From the NCBI GenBank assembly GCA_013239625.1, contig MU054187.1, positions 23,870,795 to 23,934,794 of the forward strand: DNA of 64,000 bases. Direction: 5' to 3'. Below are positions 13,500 through 26,388 of the stretch, in pieces (position 1 is the stretch's first letter; each line of letters begins with the position of its first letter). Position numbers and translations under genes: made by a program. The notes beneath the pieces are model-generated. The model was not told where the DNA came from. It did no database searches and saw nothing but the letters and a program-made list of their open reading frames with translations. This stretch comes from Lama guanicoe (lineage: Eukaryota).

Positions 13500-14450
13500 T
13501 TATCTGGAGTTGCCACCATTCAGAGTTTGAAGGAGAGCCCTGCTGAACACAGGTTTTGAGCTGTTCTCCATTCAGTTATAGTGGTATCTGGGCACATTGT
13601 ATCGGAGTTTGCTATTGGCCAATTGGACACTTAGCTATATTAGTTACTACACCAGTGTCGTGCAGTGATATCCATATTTGTTGAATCCATGCATCATTTC
13701 CATCCCTACTCGCATGACCACTTGGTTAATCAGTTTATTGAGCAAACACTTGTGAGTGGGACATATTGTCCACCTGACTGTGAAGGAACAACCCCAGAGT
13801 GGGGGCCCTTTGGTGATAAATAACATGGCTCACAAGTATTTTTACATTCTGAATTTTAGAGGTTCATCCATACAACTTCTACAGACTTTCTTGGCAACAG
13901 TTTTCTGGTCCATGCCTTCGAAGACACTGAGTACTGACTAAACTATTAGCCACTGCTCATGGATCACGACTGAGTCATACCTTAGTGTCCTCTTTCTTTT
14001 TGGTAAAGCAGACAACTAGATACAAAATTTGAATTGTGGAGTTTCCCTATTCCCCAGTGACCTCAGGGCCTCATATGACTGAGTCTAAAATGATGCAACA
14101 GAACTACTTATGATGAATGTTAACAAAGCATACAGTAGTATGTATAAACCTGGCTTCCGTGGTCCATAAAGATTTTCTGTGAAAAGGAGCAGGTAGATGG
14201 CAGAGCCAGGTGAACTGGGAGTGTGAGACAGCAGCTTTAGCGACCTAATTGAGCCCTGAGTGCCTACTGTAATCCAGATCATAAGTATGTTTCCACTAGA
14301 TGCTGAAAGGCTGCCAAATACACCCAAATATGATACATGGATCTACCGGTATTCATTTTTTAGTAGGAGCTCAGGTGTTTTGGTCCCACAGAGTACAAAG
14401 TCAGGTTTTTGGATCTATCACTACTCAGTAACAAACCTAGAATGATTTCT
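13500..14450 (-). mobile_element. Ancient ERVL/MaLR-type internal (pol-region) remnant
   Basis: The reverse complement of 13668-13720 ('tggtcatgcgagtagggatggaaatgatgcatggattcaacaa') resembles the ERVL integrase-region segment 'ggccatggtggcagggatggaggttatgcatgggctcagcaa'. Highly degraded; limits uncertain. Confidence 0.5.
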
Positions 14451-15455
14451 CAGCATGGGAAATTAAGTAATCTAATTAAGGTGGTCGAGTGAAAAAATAT
14501 AAGCAGTAAATTTTTATTGTATTTATAAAAGCCAAACAAATAAACAAACATTGTAGTTGTCAATTTCTTAGTCATGTGCCAGGCACCAGATGCAGCACGG
14601 CTGTATTCCAGCTGAAGGGTCTGTATGAAGAACTGTAGTTACAACTGTGAAAGCTGACTGAGCTTATGTTTGAAGCATTTTGTAATTAACTTCAAATCAA
14701 GTATTTATTAAAAGTAATTGAAATTTATCTAGTGCAAAGCAGCAATTTTCTCACTGAAGGAGAGACCATTTAGATCCACAAGGTAAAGCAGCTTATGAAT
14801 ACATTTCGATGGATCCACTGGGCAGTCTCACTTAACAATTAAAATTAAAATCTGCATCATTCGCTGACCAGTTTGCACTTGGTGACACACGGAGTTATAA
14901 AACTGGGGTTGCGCAATTGACCAAGCGAGGTTTTTATATGAATATTCTGGCAAATAGTTCAGGTTGGCTCAATCAATGCAGCTCCAGCTCATTTATTTCA
15001 GGGCTTACTACATTTTAGAGGCTGCAAATCTAAAATTCCTAAACCTTTTTACAGTTTATGGTCTGTCCTAGCTCCTGCCATGCTGTTACTTCCTCTTCAG
15101 GTGTAAAATGTAGATTCAGAGATCTCATTGTTTTTATTCACAAGCACTGTCACAGACACATGAGGTATTTCAGTAGCAGTGGTAGCACGGAACCAGATTC
15201 AATCCCCAGATTAGTGGGCATCAAACATAAATTTTGCTTGCAATGTCGAAACTGAGAACTTGTGATCTCGCAGATTAAATTGGATTTCCTGACCCATGAA
15301 TCCCTGTGAAGTTGGAGTGAGGAGTTGGTCACAGCTTCTGTATTCTGGCTTTTGGATCTTCCTTGGAAGGGCAGTTCTATGCTGTTACTCTGGGAATCAG
15401 TCCAGAAAGCCCAGCCTAAAACCTTCATTCTGAGCTATTCTGAAGTATTTTCAAG

Positions 15456-15992
15456 TGTTACCCCAAAAGGGGAAGGGAAAAGACCCCAGTTCTTGGCTTA
15501 CCTGAAAGATAAAAGTACAGACGGAAGATGGTGCATTGTGCAGCAGAAGATTTTAAAAGATTTATTTAGGAAAAGAAAAGTTCACCTCCAAGAATGGGAG
15601 GTGGGATGATCCAAGGGAGGGTAGCAGTGCTCTTTGTTTGTCCCGCCTCTTACATCTTACATCTTAGAGGTGGTCTTTTGATTAACGGATGGCTTTTGCC
15701 CCTGGAATGCTTAGTGATGTTTGTCCCCTTTGTGCATGTCATTACCCATGATGCACACAGAAAAAAACCTATGGGGGTGGCTAAACCACATTGCTAATTA
15801 TATTATAATGTCTGGTTAGGTCCTTCTTGCTACCGTGGAGTTGCAGCTGTGAGATTCTTACTGGTTTCTTGCTGGCACTCATTTAGAAGAAGTAAAACCC
15901 CTTATGCTGTAGGCAGGCATTATGCCATCTTCCAGACCACCCTCGCTGTCCACCTATCTGCCCAGTGCCCCATATTATCTAACTACCTAACT
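15456..15992 (-). mobile_element. ERV solo LTR, same family as 48185-48730
   Basis: Starts 'tgttaccccaaaaggggaagggaaa', the reverse complement of the end of the 48 kb LTR; the far end 'tatctgcccagtgcccc...ctaactacctaac' matches its start. Confidence 0.85.
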
Positions 15993-16999
15993 ATCTAATT
16001 CCTATATTAAATCTCTTTACTTTTATATTAAGTTTCATGATTTATATGTTAACAAATTCTGACATAGCTACTTAGATTATCAACTTCTACAGGGTAAGAT
16101 GTGTCTTGATTTTAAGTGCTAGTCTTCTTACTGCTCTTTCTCATGTAAATAATCTGATTTAGTTTTTATTTTTGTTCCTTTTTAAAAGTAATTGATAAAC
16201 ATATTCGCTTCCTTGCATTTTATTTTTAAATAATTTCATTCACTAGTCAACAGGAATCATACACAGGAAAATGTTTTTATGCACAGAAATAAAAAAATAT
16301 GAAGAATATTATGCGTGTGAAAATGTATATAAGAGTCTACCTGATAAATATTTCACAAACCTATTCAAACAATCAAGCCAAGCAGTAAGAAGCAAGAGTC
16401 CTTGCAAAGAAAGTTTACAAAGGAGTATTAGTAGCAGCTGGCTTAGGGGACATTTGCAAGAACATTTGTGTGTTTAAATGGACCCCAAACAAGCATTTGT
16501 TTTGTCATATTGATTGAAATAAACATTTTAATTTAAGTAGTGTTTGACACCAAAATAAGTGTCTCCAAATAAAATAATATTTAGAAAAGACTCCTGCAAA
16601 TATGTTTCTTTGCAAAGCAAATTTTTTTTCAGTATTTTACCAATGCAGGTGTTAATGTGCATGTTAAGTAAGGTGTGGGTGGCATTCTTCATGGTATAAT
16701 AAGGGATATAATATTATGTTTTCCTTTTCTTCAGCTGTTTTCATTACACAGTAGGAAAAGATTTTTCAATAAAAATATGTAATAAAATTATAAATAAGAT
16801 AGGTAATATTTATTATTAACCTTCATTAAAATGTATTTGTTAAATATGATATAGGAATCTAAACTTGCTCCAGGTCATAATATTGTTCTGTAAATGTTGA
16901 GTTATAAAGGATCTTCAATTATATGAAATATAACATTTTCATGCTTGTTTATGCTTCAAAATACATACATATAATTTTATAAAATATACCTACCCATTA

Positions 17000-18400
17000 T
17001 AACTACGTTTCTTCAATTTAGCTGAGGATGTTTCAGATATTAGAGATAATGGAGCTACCTCCTTGGAAGATGGCTCCTGGGCCTGAATGCATAATTGATT
17101 TCTTTGGTATGGGACCTGTGGGCAAAAGTCTTACCAATTAACTACAGTCTGTCTTAGGAGAGCCCATTAATATATGTTGCTCCTTTCTATTCTTAGTAAC
17201 ATTCCCCACTCTGCCATACTAGGTACAAAGGCATAATTAAGGCAGGAAAATTAGGAAAATAATTTATTTTCTACTGGTCCAGAGCAGCTTCATTAAGGAA
17301 TGAAGTAACCAAAATGTCAGGAAATTCCTGGGACAGAGGAGCCTAAAAATCTTTGGAGGAAAGCTGATTCATTAAACTTCCACATGGTGATCCTGTATGC
17401 CTTGGTTGAAACAGACTTGCAAAGATCATTTTGAGTCAAGAAGGGACTATGTAGTCATGCCCCAACTCCCTTATCAGTTTTAAGATAATAATAAAAAAGC
17501 ATAAAAGTCGAGAGCTCTCCTGAAGATAAAATAAACATCTCCATAAAACAGATGCTCTGAACATGGAACTTACAGTACTAAGCAGGCTGAAAATGTGGTG
17601 TGAATTCAGAGCTAGGTATTCAACTGCTTCTAATTAAAAATGTATATAAAAAGAACTTGTCATCACTGAAGAGCTTATGGAAAATAATATTCATTCTAGA
17701 CTTCTATATAGATCAACTATCATCAAGACTGAGTGTGAGGAAAAGAAACAAACAAGCATAACTAAGGATATTTACTGCCTCAGTGAGATAATTCCTGAGA
17801 AATCAACTTCTACTGGGAGAAAATGAACACAGGTGAAAAGTAGAAAATATAACAAAAAGGTAGGCAATATTTTGATAAATCTCAAAGCCATCTAATATTA
17901 AGTGATAATAAAAATCTATTTTAAACCATGAAATAGAAATTTTAGGGACACCAATATTCAAAACAATGTGATTGTGTAATTCAGTGACTGATGAAACCAT
18001 GCAAAGATTCTTGCCATATTCAAGAGCAGAATATAATTACTAAGCAACTGTATATTGTACTATATATATATGTGATTAATTATCACTAAAAAATAGAAAT
18101 ATACAATTTATCTGTAGTTTTTAATTAAGAGAATAAAGGAGAAATAAGAAGGGGGAATAGAATATAATGAAGAGCTTAAAAAATTATGATAAAACAGAAC
18201 ATAAGATCAAATAAGAGGAAGAGCACATTTACTCATGAGTGTGATGGACTCAGACCTTAAAAGTAACCACTAGATCTGCAGAAAAAAACTATAAAACAGG
18301 AATATAATATAAATCAATTGTCAAGTTCCTAGAGTAAATAGAAACAGATATATTCTGGTGGCGAGTGCAGACTTTCTTGGAAGAAGGAGGACAAATAAAT
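17000..18400 (+). mobile_element. Very old L1/HAL1-like ORF1-region remnant
   Basis: A-rich plus strand with ORF1-like 'aactatcatcaagactgagtgtgaggaaaagaaac'; degraded. Confidence 0.35.
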
Positions 18401-19139
18401 TCTCATCTTGGCAGTTTTTAGCCTGAGCTAAACATAATTGCCATTACATGACAGTGACAGCAGTGGCTTTGGTTAAAACACGTCAGGGATGGCGGGAGGC
18501 AAATGGTAATCGTTCAGTCTTGAGAAACCACAGAACTGAAGCCAGGGAGACCATGATTGCTGATGAGAGCAGTGGAATTCCAGGACGGAATGATGCATTG
18601 ATGACATACCCAAATTATTTCTCTGTACATCTCTGATTCACCTTTGGACCTTGCATGAGCTAAACAGATCCAGGGAAACTCAGCTAAAGACAAAGAATCA
18701 GATCAGAAGGAGGGTAAAATGACTGAAAATTTCTATTTCAATATTCGCTTAAATGAATATTGTAATTAAGAGTTAGTCTTTTTTACTTAAAATCTTTCAT
18801 GTTCTAAATAATAATGACATGACTGTTTTTTATTAGACATAAAATGGTTTAGGAAAAAGACCTTAGGATTAAATTGTTAGCAAAGATGATGTAAGTAGTA
18901 AATACATGCTTTGATAAAATTCTAATGAAAACATATAGCAAAGATACATTAAATATTAAAAAGAGAAAGTTAAAAGATAGCTGACATAGCCACATTCAAC
19001 AGATAGATAAGTAAGTATCTCCATCAAACACTGGACACCGTGGAGTTTAACGTAGCTGTGGAACTCAACTTCTGCAGGGGTAATGGAAATTAAAATTGAC
19101 CTGTGCTGCACACACACACACACACCCCTCCTAAAGCAG

Positions 19140-19825
19140 TGGGCTGCAACCAAACTTCATGCTATCTTCTGGGAGCTTGGATGGGCCTAAAAGCAATTCC
19201 CAATTACTTAGGGTCACAGGGATGGAGGGAGCAAACATATTTTTGAAGACAGTTCTGAGCTAAGTCAGCTAAAAGCTTGGTAATCGGTGATACCCTTAAT
19301 ATAAGGGAGGGAAAGGCGTTAAGGCATCGTGAATTGCTGTTTGCATTTCTGGTACTGAATGATCAGGTCATCCAAGAGGGGTGTTCTTTTGCTCTCTGTA
19401 CATTCCCTATTCAGCCCAGGCCAACTTCACCTACACCCTACTCACCTGGCTGACCTTCCTCCATACTTGCCCCAGCTACTGACTGTTCTCACCTTTAGAT
19501 CAGGACACCTCCGCCATGATAGCCTATCAAAGGGGTGGTGAGGGGTGTGCCCCTCTGCTAGTTCCCCTGGTAACCCATGAGCCAACTAGAAATCAATAGC
19601 TCAACTGATAATTGGCAATCTGCCCTTGCCTCCCGCTTTCTCCTCAGTGAAAACGGCCACCATGTCCTGCCCGCCGTCCAGCACACATGGCGGGCTGTCA
19701 CTCCAGGACCTTGCTTCAGAGGTCTAAGACCCCCCATCCATTAAACCATTAAGCTCTCTGCTGCTGATTCTGAGCTCTCTCTTGGTCTCAAGGATGGGCA
19801 AGTGCTTGTGGGGGGCAGCCCAACA
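19140..19825 (+). mobile_element. Probable ERV solo LTR
   Basis: GC step against the flanks, poly(A)-signal-like 'attaaa' at ~19740, U5-like 'ctctcttggtctcaagg', and the end 'gcagcccaaca'. Start coordinate uncertain. Confidence 0.6.
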
Positions 19826-21093
19826 AGTAGAGTCAATTTCTTTCAATCATTTATTTATAGTTCATGCTTTCTGAGTTTTGTTTCAGAAATCTTTCTCTGC
19901 TTTATTTATAACATGTCTTACACACAGAAACAAACCAACACAGTGAGCTATGTAAATTCCCTAAAGGAACTAATGGGTAAAAAGTCAAACTATTGGTGGG
20001 GAAGGGCAACTTCTGCAGTTTTCAGTGGTCCATCGATTAGGTGATCACTGCTGGAATAATGGAGAGTTGGCTGAACACCTGAAAAAGATTTTTATAGCAC
20101 ATTCCCCCTTTATGAAACTGCTGGGTGAATGAAAGAACACAAAGTGCACGGTTTTATCAACCTTTTGTAGAATTTACCTTTTGTGATAATTTCAACCTCT
20201 GTTCTATTTTATAATATGAAAACTCCCAAGAAAACTAAAGTTACTACCCATTTATTCTTTATAAAATCAGCAATTGGCCCAGTGGTGTGCAGAATTATTT
20301 TAAAAGAAAAACAAAATGTTGTTTGTTGGAATTGCAATTTTTGATAGTGATCCAAATCTTGGCTACAGACATAATAATAGCTTTTAGAAACTATACTTGC
20401 TTCACTTTCTTTAATTTTGGTAACTGGTATTGAACAAACAGAGACTAAACTTTGAAATCCTGCAAATATTTTATAACAATAAGAAGGAAGGAAATTTTGA
20501 AGAAATGCAATTTGAGGAACTTAAGAAAATTAAAAGATTGTTAAAACTTTGCCTGTTGAGACAAACTGATTGCAAACTTTAAGAAATATTTGTCACTGAA
20601 ATCCATGTCTTATTATAGGAATATCCAAGAGAGCTTTCAAAGTATTTTAAGGAAGTCAGATTATCTAACATCTGTATACTAAATCATACTTCTTAATCAG
20701 ACTGCTATTTCCTTGCTCCTGATAAGAAAATGCTCCATGCTTTTACTCACATTCTTTTTTTTCTTTGCACCATTTTTAAAAATCACATGCATTTTATATG
20801 CATGGTGCTCTGTGAGTCCTGGTAAGATACCATCAGCAGAATAAGCTAAAATGCATGTGCATATGTCTGCTGATTACCCGAGGCTAAATGCTGACCATGA
20901 TTTCCTTCTCATTTGGTGTGTTGCCAATGTAACTTGAAAAAAAAAGTATATAGATGTCCATTTTTCTAAATGTTACAAATACAACACAACATTAACAAAT
21001 CCAAAACCTTTTTTCAAGAATTACTCACATTGGAATATATTTCACTCAGATGCAAATATCAGTTAGGATTATAATAATATGTACACAAAGGAG

Positions 21094-21558
21094 TGTTGAC
21101 TGAAATAAATACACAGCCTAAAAGTTGAGAGTTATGCTTTATTTGACGCGATGACTGCCTCTCAGATCTCCCTGAGGGACTGCTCCCAAAAGGTAGGGGA
21201 GGAGCTAGGATATACAGGAGCTTTACAACAGAGATCAGGTAGTTGGAACAATGAAAGATTACTTGTTAACTGAAGAAAACCGGGCATCTCAAGTTAAAGA
21301 ATTTAGCGGTTTTCTACGTATGGGAGGCAGCAGACATTTGGGCTCACTGAATTCATTCCTTTGACAAGCACCTAGCTGTCTAGGGCCAGTGTCCTGTCCT
21401 TTCTTGCTCTGAGTCCCCTCAGGGGGCCCCACTGTGAGTGGCTGCAGAGGCCAGGCTGCAGGCCTGTCCTCACTGGGGGGGTGGCGGCAGCCGCTGATGA
21501 CTTGATGGCTTCAGCATTCTTTGTTTACTGACATGGTTTGCAGTATTTTTCATTCACA
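21094..21558 (-). mobile_element. ERV1-type solo LTR
   Basis: TG...CA termini, perfect 4-bp TSD GGAG/GGAG, and 'tttatt' (minus-strand AATAAA) near the left end. Confidence 0.9.
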
Positions 21559-22719
21559 GGAGATAAAATTAAATTCCAGCGTAACATTACTTTTAATACA
21601 GGAATTTTCAAACAATGGGGAAAGTTAGCAGAAACATGGAAAATTTGCCTGAAAGCAAGAAGCGCCCTAAGAAAACCCAAATGAAACAGAATGCGTGAGG
21701 TCGCACCCGCAGGAGACCCTGGACCAAAACCTCCCATGTCTGGAATCTAGTATTATCACTCCCAGTCTTAATGGACTCTAGAACTCCACAAAGGGAAATT
21801 CAGATACTTTCTCCAACATTAAACAAAGTTTATGTGGTTTTTTCATTGTATTTTTTTCTTCCAAAATAACAACTGAATTGGTGTTCCCCTGGAGCCTCAA
21901 AGAGAGTTAGTAAGATTGAATATGTTATATAATCTCTCTATTATTTTATTAGTCAGCTTCACAAGTGGTACTTAAAGTTAAAACAACTTTAAATCTTCTT
22001 TATGTTAATAAAAACAAAACACATTTTGTAGATTAGTTATTAATTTCCCTTGGTATGCAATTATATTAGGCATGCTATTGCAATAAACCTTGTTTTATGA
22101 CATTATTACTAGTATGACGGTACATTTATTTTAGAAAATTATTCTTCTCTGTATAGTCTTAAAATTTTGCAACACCATATTTGACTAACAGACTTGGATC
22201 ATACAGAGAAACATTCTCTACAACTCATCTCAGCTATTCATTCAAAATGAAGATTTAATAATAAAACTCCAAGGGTGAGAGGACTTTACAATAATTTCAG
22301 TTTCCTACTTTCTCTGAAAATAAAATTTGAGAGACAAAGGGATTATGTTTGAATATTTGGGGTGAGAAATATTATGCTATACCTTTATCGGTCAATAGGA
22401 TAAGTTGATGCATTTTTAGAATCTGATTTAAAAAGTCTGAGTATCCATACATGCTACTTGTATGGATAGGCAGTAATAAAGAAAAAAGGTTCATATTCTC
22501 AAGTGAGCTGCTGGTAAATTGAGTATAACCACGTGCCATGAGATTTATCAAATAATTTGTCTTTTCCTCAAGCAGTCACATATTCTTTAAGCACAAAATT
22601 CAAAAGGAGATACAAAGGTGAATGGGGTAAGTGCATGGACATATTAAAAATGGGAATATTGTTTAAAAATATTACTACCACTCTTTGAAGTGTGAAAAAG
22701 AATGCGTCTAACTTTTTTC

Positions 22720-22890
22720 ATCTTACTCAGTTACGCAGAGAATTTTCTGGTGGCCCCAGTTGTAGGAGATCTGCCAGGGTTCAGTAGGTATTCTGTAAGA
22801 ATTATTCCACATGTAGATATATTTTTGATGTATTCATGGGAGACGGTGAGCTCTGAGTCCTTTTATTTCACCTTTTGAATCTGAAGCCCC
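22720..22890 (-). mobile_element. Isolated L1 5'-end fragment
   Basis: 'gtattcatgggagacggtgagctctgagtcc...tgaatctgaagcccc' parallels the L1 5' end at 13204-13262. Confidence 0.65.
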
Positions 22891-23029
22891 TTCACTTCTA
22901 AGTGAAATGGCCTGATTTGATTTCTGCCTTTCTGTTTACCAAGTCATCATAAACTGCTATTCATTGCTAATACTGGGTCAATGGCACTTTTCTAAAGTCA
23001 CCTACTTTGCCAATAATATATTCTTCCTT

Positions 23030-23068
23030 GATTAATTAGTTGTTTAATTAATTAATTAATTAATTAAT
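23030..23068. repeat. (TAAT)n microsatellite
   Basis: 'ttaattaattaattaattaattaatt' read directly. Confidence 0.85.
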
Positions 23069-23279
23069 TCATACAACTAATGAATACAGAGGAAGTAGTC
23101 ATTTATGGTCCATTTTCTTGAGAGAATCACAAGTTGGAAGAGAATGCAGATCTTTAAGTAGCTAATTGTCAAATACTGATGGATGTCAAAGCAGATATAT
23201 ATGACTGCTTTTTCCATCATTCCTCTTAATCCAATTGAAGAAATAAAACAAATGTTTTGAGATCATTTAAGAGTGAAAC

Positions 23280-23943
23280 TGAGACAGGAGGGAATAGGGC
23301 AGGGCACAGCCATTCAAGGAATGTCACAGCAGTTAACACCAAAATGGCAGAAGATTCAACTCCCAGTAGGCTTTGAGGCTCAAGAAGGTGGGAGATTTGA
23401 CTTCTAGAAGAACTTGAGCTTCATTATATGTTCATTGAAATATATTAACATGGTAAATGACACTCCCACAGGCACCATGACTGCTCCAAGGCTAACCATA
23501 AAAAAATCAAAGAGTGGGCAGTGGCCATATTCCTGGGAATCCCAGCCTCTTCCCCAGTGTAATTAAAAATGTTCTCCCACTTGTTAGCATATAAAGCTAC
23601 TGAGCCCATAAAAAATTACCATTATCGCACATGGTGGCCACATCTCACTCCCTCTCTTTGGAGACGGCCTGCACTCTGTCTATGGAGCATGTACCTACAT
23701 TTACTTTAACCTGAGCACCCAACCCCCACACCTCGTGGCCTTTCTCTTGCCTTCTGAAGCAGCCTACACTCTATGCAGTATGTATCTCTCTAAATACATC
23801 TACCTTTACTCAATTGTGGTTCACTCTTGAATTGTTTCCTGTGCAAAGCCAAGGACCCACACTTGGTGAGGTATGTCCCAGGGACTCAAACGAGACCTGG
23901 GACATGGCCCTCCTCATACCCCACATCTATTTTTCCTGCATCA
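23280..23943 (+). mobile_element. ERV1-type solo LTR, same family as 44747-45310 and 51517-52154
   Basis: 'tgagacaggagggaa...ttttcctgcatca'; its 3' end is the reverse complement of 'tgatgcaggaaaaa...' in the other two copies. Flanks aaac/aac. Confidence 0.88.
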
Positions 23944-24039
23944 AACACCAGATTTTATTCAGAGAAGAATATGCTGAGATGAGACATACGTGTGTACATG
24001 TGTGTCTGTGCAGTGTGTGTAAAAAGAAAAGTTTTAGAA

Positions 24040-24960
24040 TCGGACAGACTACAATTTGAGTCCTGGCTCTACTATTTAATTGGTATACAATCTTGCAGTT
24101 TGTTCATATAGAAAATAATCATATCACTTAAGACTGTTTTTAAGTCTAAATAGGATAACATGTGAGTTCTAGCGCTGCAATTCATAAAAATTGGTTGCTC
24201 TCTATACTTCTCCTTGACTATAATGCAATTATATTTAAACGAACAGGAGGTGAAGGGTGCAGACAAGGATAACAAACTATCAAAAAGTCTTTATAAATAA
24301 GTAAGACTTGGATTTATTTTGTCAAATAAATAGTCTTTTGATTAATAAAAGAAAACATGGCTACTACAGTTCTGGGAACAAAGTATTAAAAAAGGTCCTA
24401 GACCAGAATATAGAAATAAGTAAGTGTATTCAGATGCAGTGGTAAGAGTCACATGAATGGAGTGGAATTACATGTCGAGGAAAAGTAGAAAATTTGTTTA
24501 AAATCTAGGGAAGAACTTTGTGCCAGTTACTGTGGCAATCAGAGTTTGTATTAGGCTCTTGAGAAGGGGATATAAAGAGAAAAATCAAGTATAAAATGTA
24601 TTTGAATTAGGACCTTCTAGAAGACTTTGAGGGTGGTCTATGATTGAGATAAAGCAGAACTGATTTGATGTGAAGACAATGGGAAAAGAAAAACAGGGAA
24701 AAACACTCCTAAGAATAATATTAAATGTATTATTAAATATGTATTCATATTCTCTATATCTATATTTGGGGTACAGAAGATGAGAAAAAGTGGAGACAGT
24801 ATAGAATAATCCGTCTATAATATAAGAGATTGGAAAATTGACAATATTAGTACTACAAATAAATACTGGATCATGGGTACCATGTTAAGAAGTCAGATGA
24901 TGAGTTCAGACGTGGCATTCTGAGTTTGAATTTAGAGTGGGGCATGCAGGTAAGCATCTT
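24040..24960. mobile_element. MIR (~24040-24170) followed by L2 relics
   Basis: MIR core-like 'tttgagtcctggctctact'; L2-like 'gatgatgagttcagacgtggcattctgagtttga'. Confidence 0.5.
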
Positions 24961-25569
24961 ATATATAAATTCCTTGGGTTTTTGTCTATGTTACTTGGCA
25001 TATGCTAAGGGAATTATTGAGGTTAATTCTAATGGGATGTTCCATACAAAATTCCTTTTTTCTTTCTTATTACTCAACATCATGTACTTCTTTGGGGTCC
25101 AAATCTGGCCAATAAAACAAATAGGAGGTCTTCTATACATTTCTGAGAAAGTGTGTGTTGCTGATTAATAATGGCAACATTCTGTATCAATACAGTGATC
25201 AAGCCAGCCCTTGAATGAAAGCAAAAACTGTGGATGGCAAAGAGGAGAGGCCTAAAGATTCCATGTGCTTAATAACCTCATTGAATTAATGTATAAGCCA
25301 GCACTGAGATATGCTTAAAAGATAATTTCACATTGTTTATTTGTTCCTCTTTAAAGCCCATAGTTGAACAAAATACTTAGCATGGTTTGTCTTCTTCCAG
25401 TTTATTATTTTCCATCTTCATGCTGTGTCATCCAAATGTTTTTTTCACCTCAACAGTATTCACTCTAGTGTAGTTAATGTATATTGTTCCAGTCATTCTT
25501 CCAAATATTATTTTAGACATATGTGTATTACTAAAAATAAAGTGTTACTTTCAAACTGTCAAATATTTG

Positions 25570-25860
25570 GAGGTGACTTCTGGTTTCAGCTTGGATGTGT
25601 AAAGAGCTTAGAAGTCATCAATTTCATCCTTACAGAAAGAAAGATCTGATCAAACAAAAAATCAATGTCTTTTCTTGAATGCATGAGAGAACTGACTTTT
25701 CAGGGCAAACAACCACCCCATAATCTGGAGAGACAAGTGAATGTAGAGTCACAGCTCAGGTCTGCTTTCCTGGAGCAGAAGTTGCTAACGCCATAAACCA
25801 GTAGGAATGCATATATGATAATTTTAATAGATTGCTGATAAATTGGACTACTGAGAAGTT
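25570..25860 (+). mobile_element. Old L1 5'-end fragment (L1M type)
   Basis: 'gacttctggtttcagcttggatgtgtaaagagcttagaagtc...cagggcaaacaaccacccc', typical of L1M 5' ends. Confidence 0.6.
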
Positions 25861-26187
25861 CCTAGAGGTATCTTTAGTCTTGTGTTTGTGTTCTTTGCCT
25901 CCATGGCCTTGTACAGGGTTCCAGACAGTAAGACCGGATTACAGCCGAAAGGGCTGAAAGACACAAACAATCTCTGAAGAGATGCACTTAGTAGGAAAAG
26001 TCCAAATTCAAGAGAGGTTAAACAAAAATTACACTAGAGAAATTTCAAGATCCTGAAAAGAAACAGTGAACTTGGAGATAGATGAATGAAAACATCCTAG
26101 GCTGAGACACAGTGAGTTCTAAAATAGTATATTTTATATTCTGGTAGAAGGTACCAGAAAAAGTCAATAGGCGTTGACATATAATAT

Positions 26188-26388
26188 AGTGATGGCTGAC
26201 TAAAGATGGTTACAACTATATTCTTCTCATAATGAAGTGGGAGTCTGTGTCCCCTTCTCCTGAATCTTGGTGACTACTTGATCAACTGAGTAAGTTATAA
26301 GATATGCTTTGCCAGTGTCTGGCCCCAGATTGTTATGACACTACATTTTAAGGTAGTTTGTTATACAGAAAAAGACAACTAGAAGAAT
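26188..26388 (+). mobile_element. Internally deleted MLT1 (MaLR) LTR
   Basis: MLT1-type start 'tggctgactaaagatggttacaa' and end 'ttttaaggtagtttgttatacag...caactagaa'. Confidence 0.65.
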
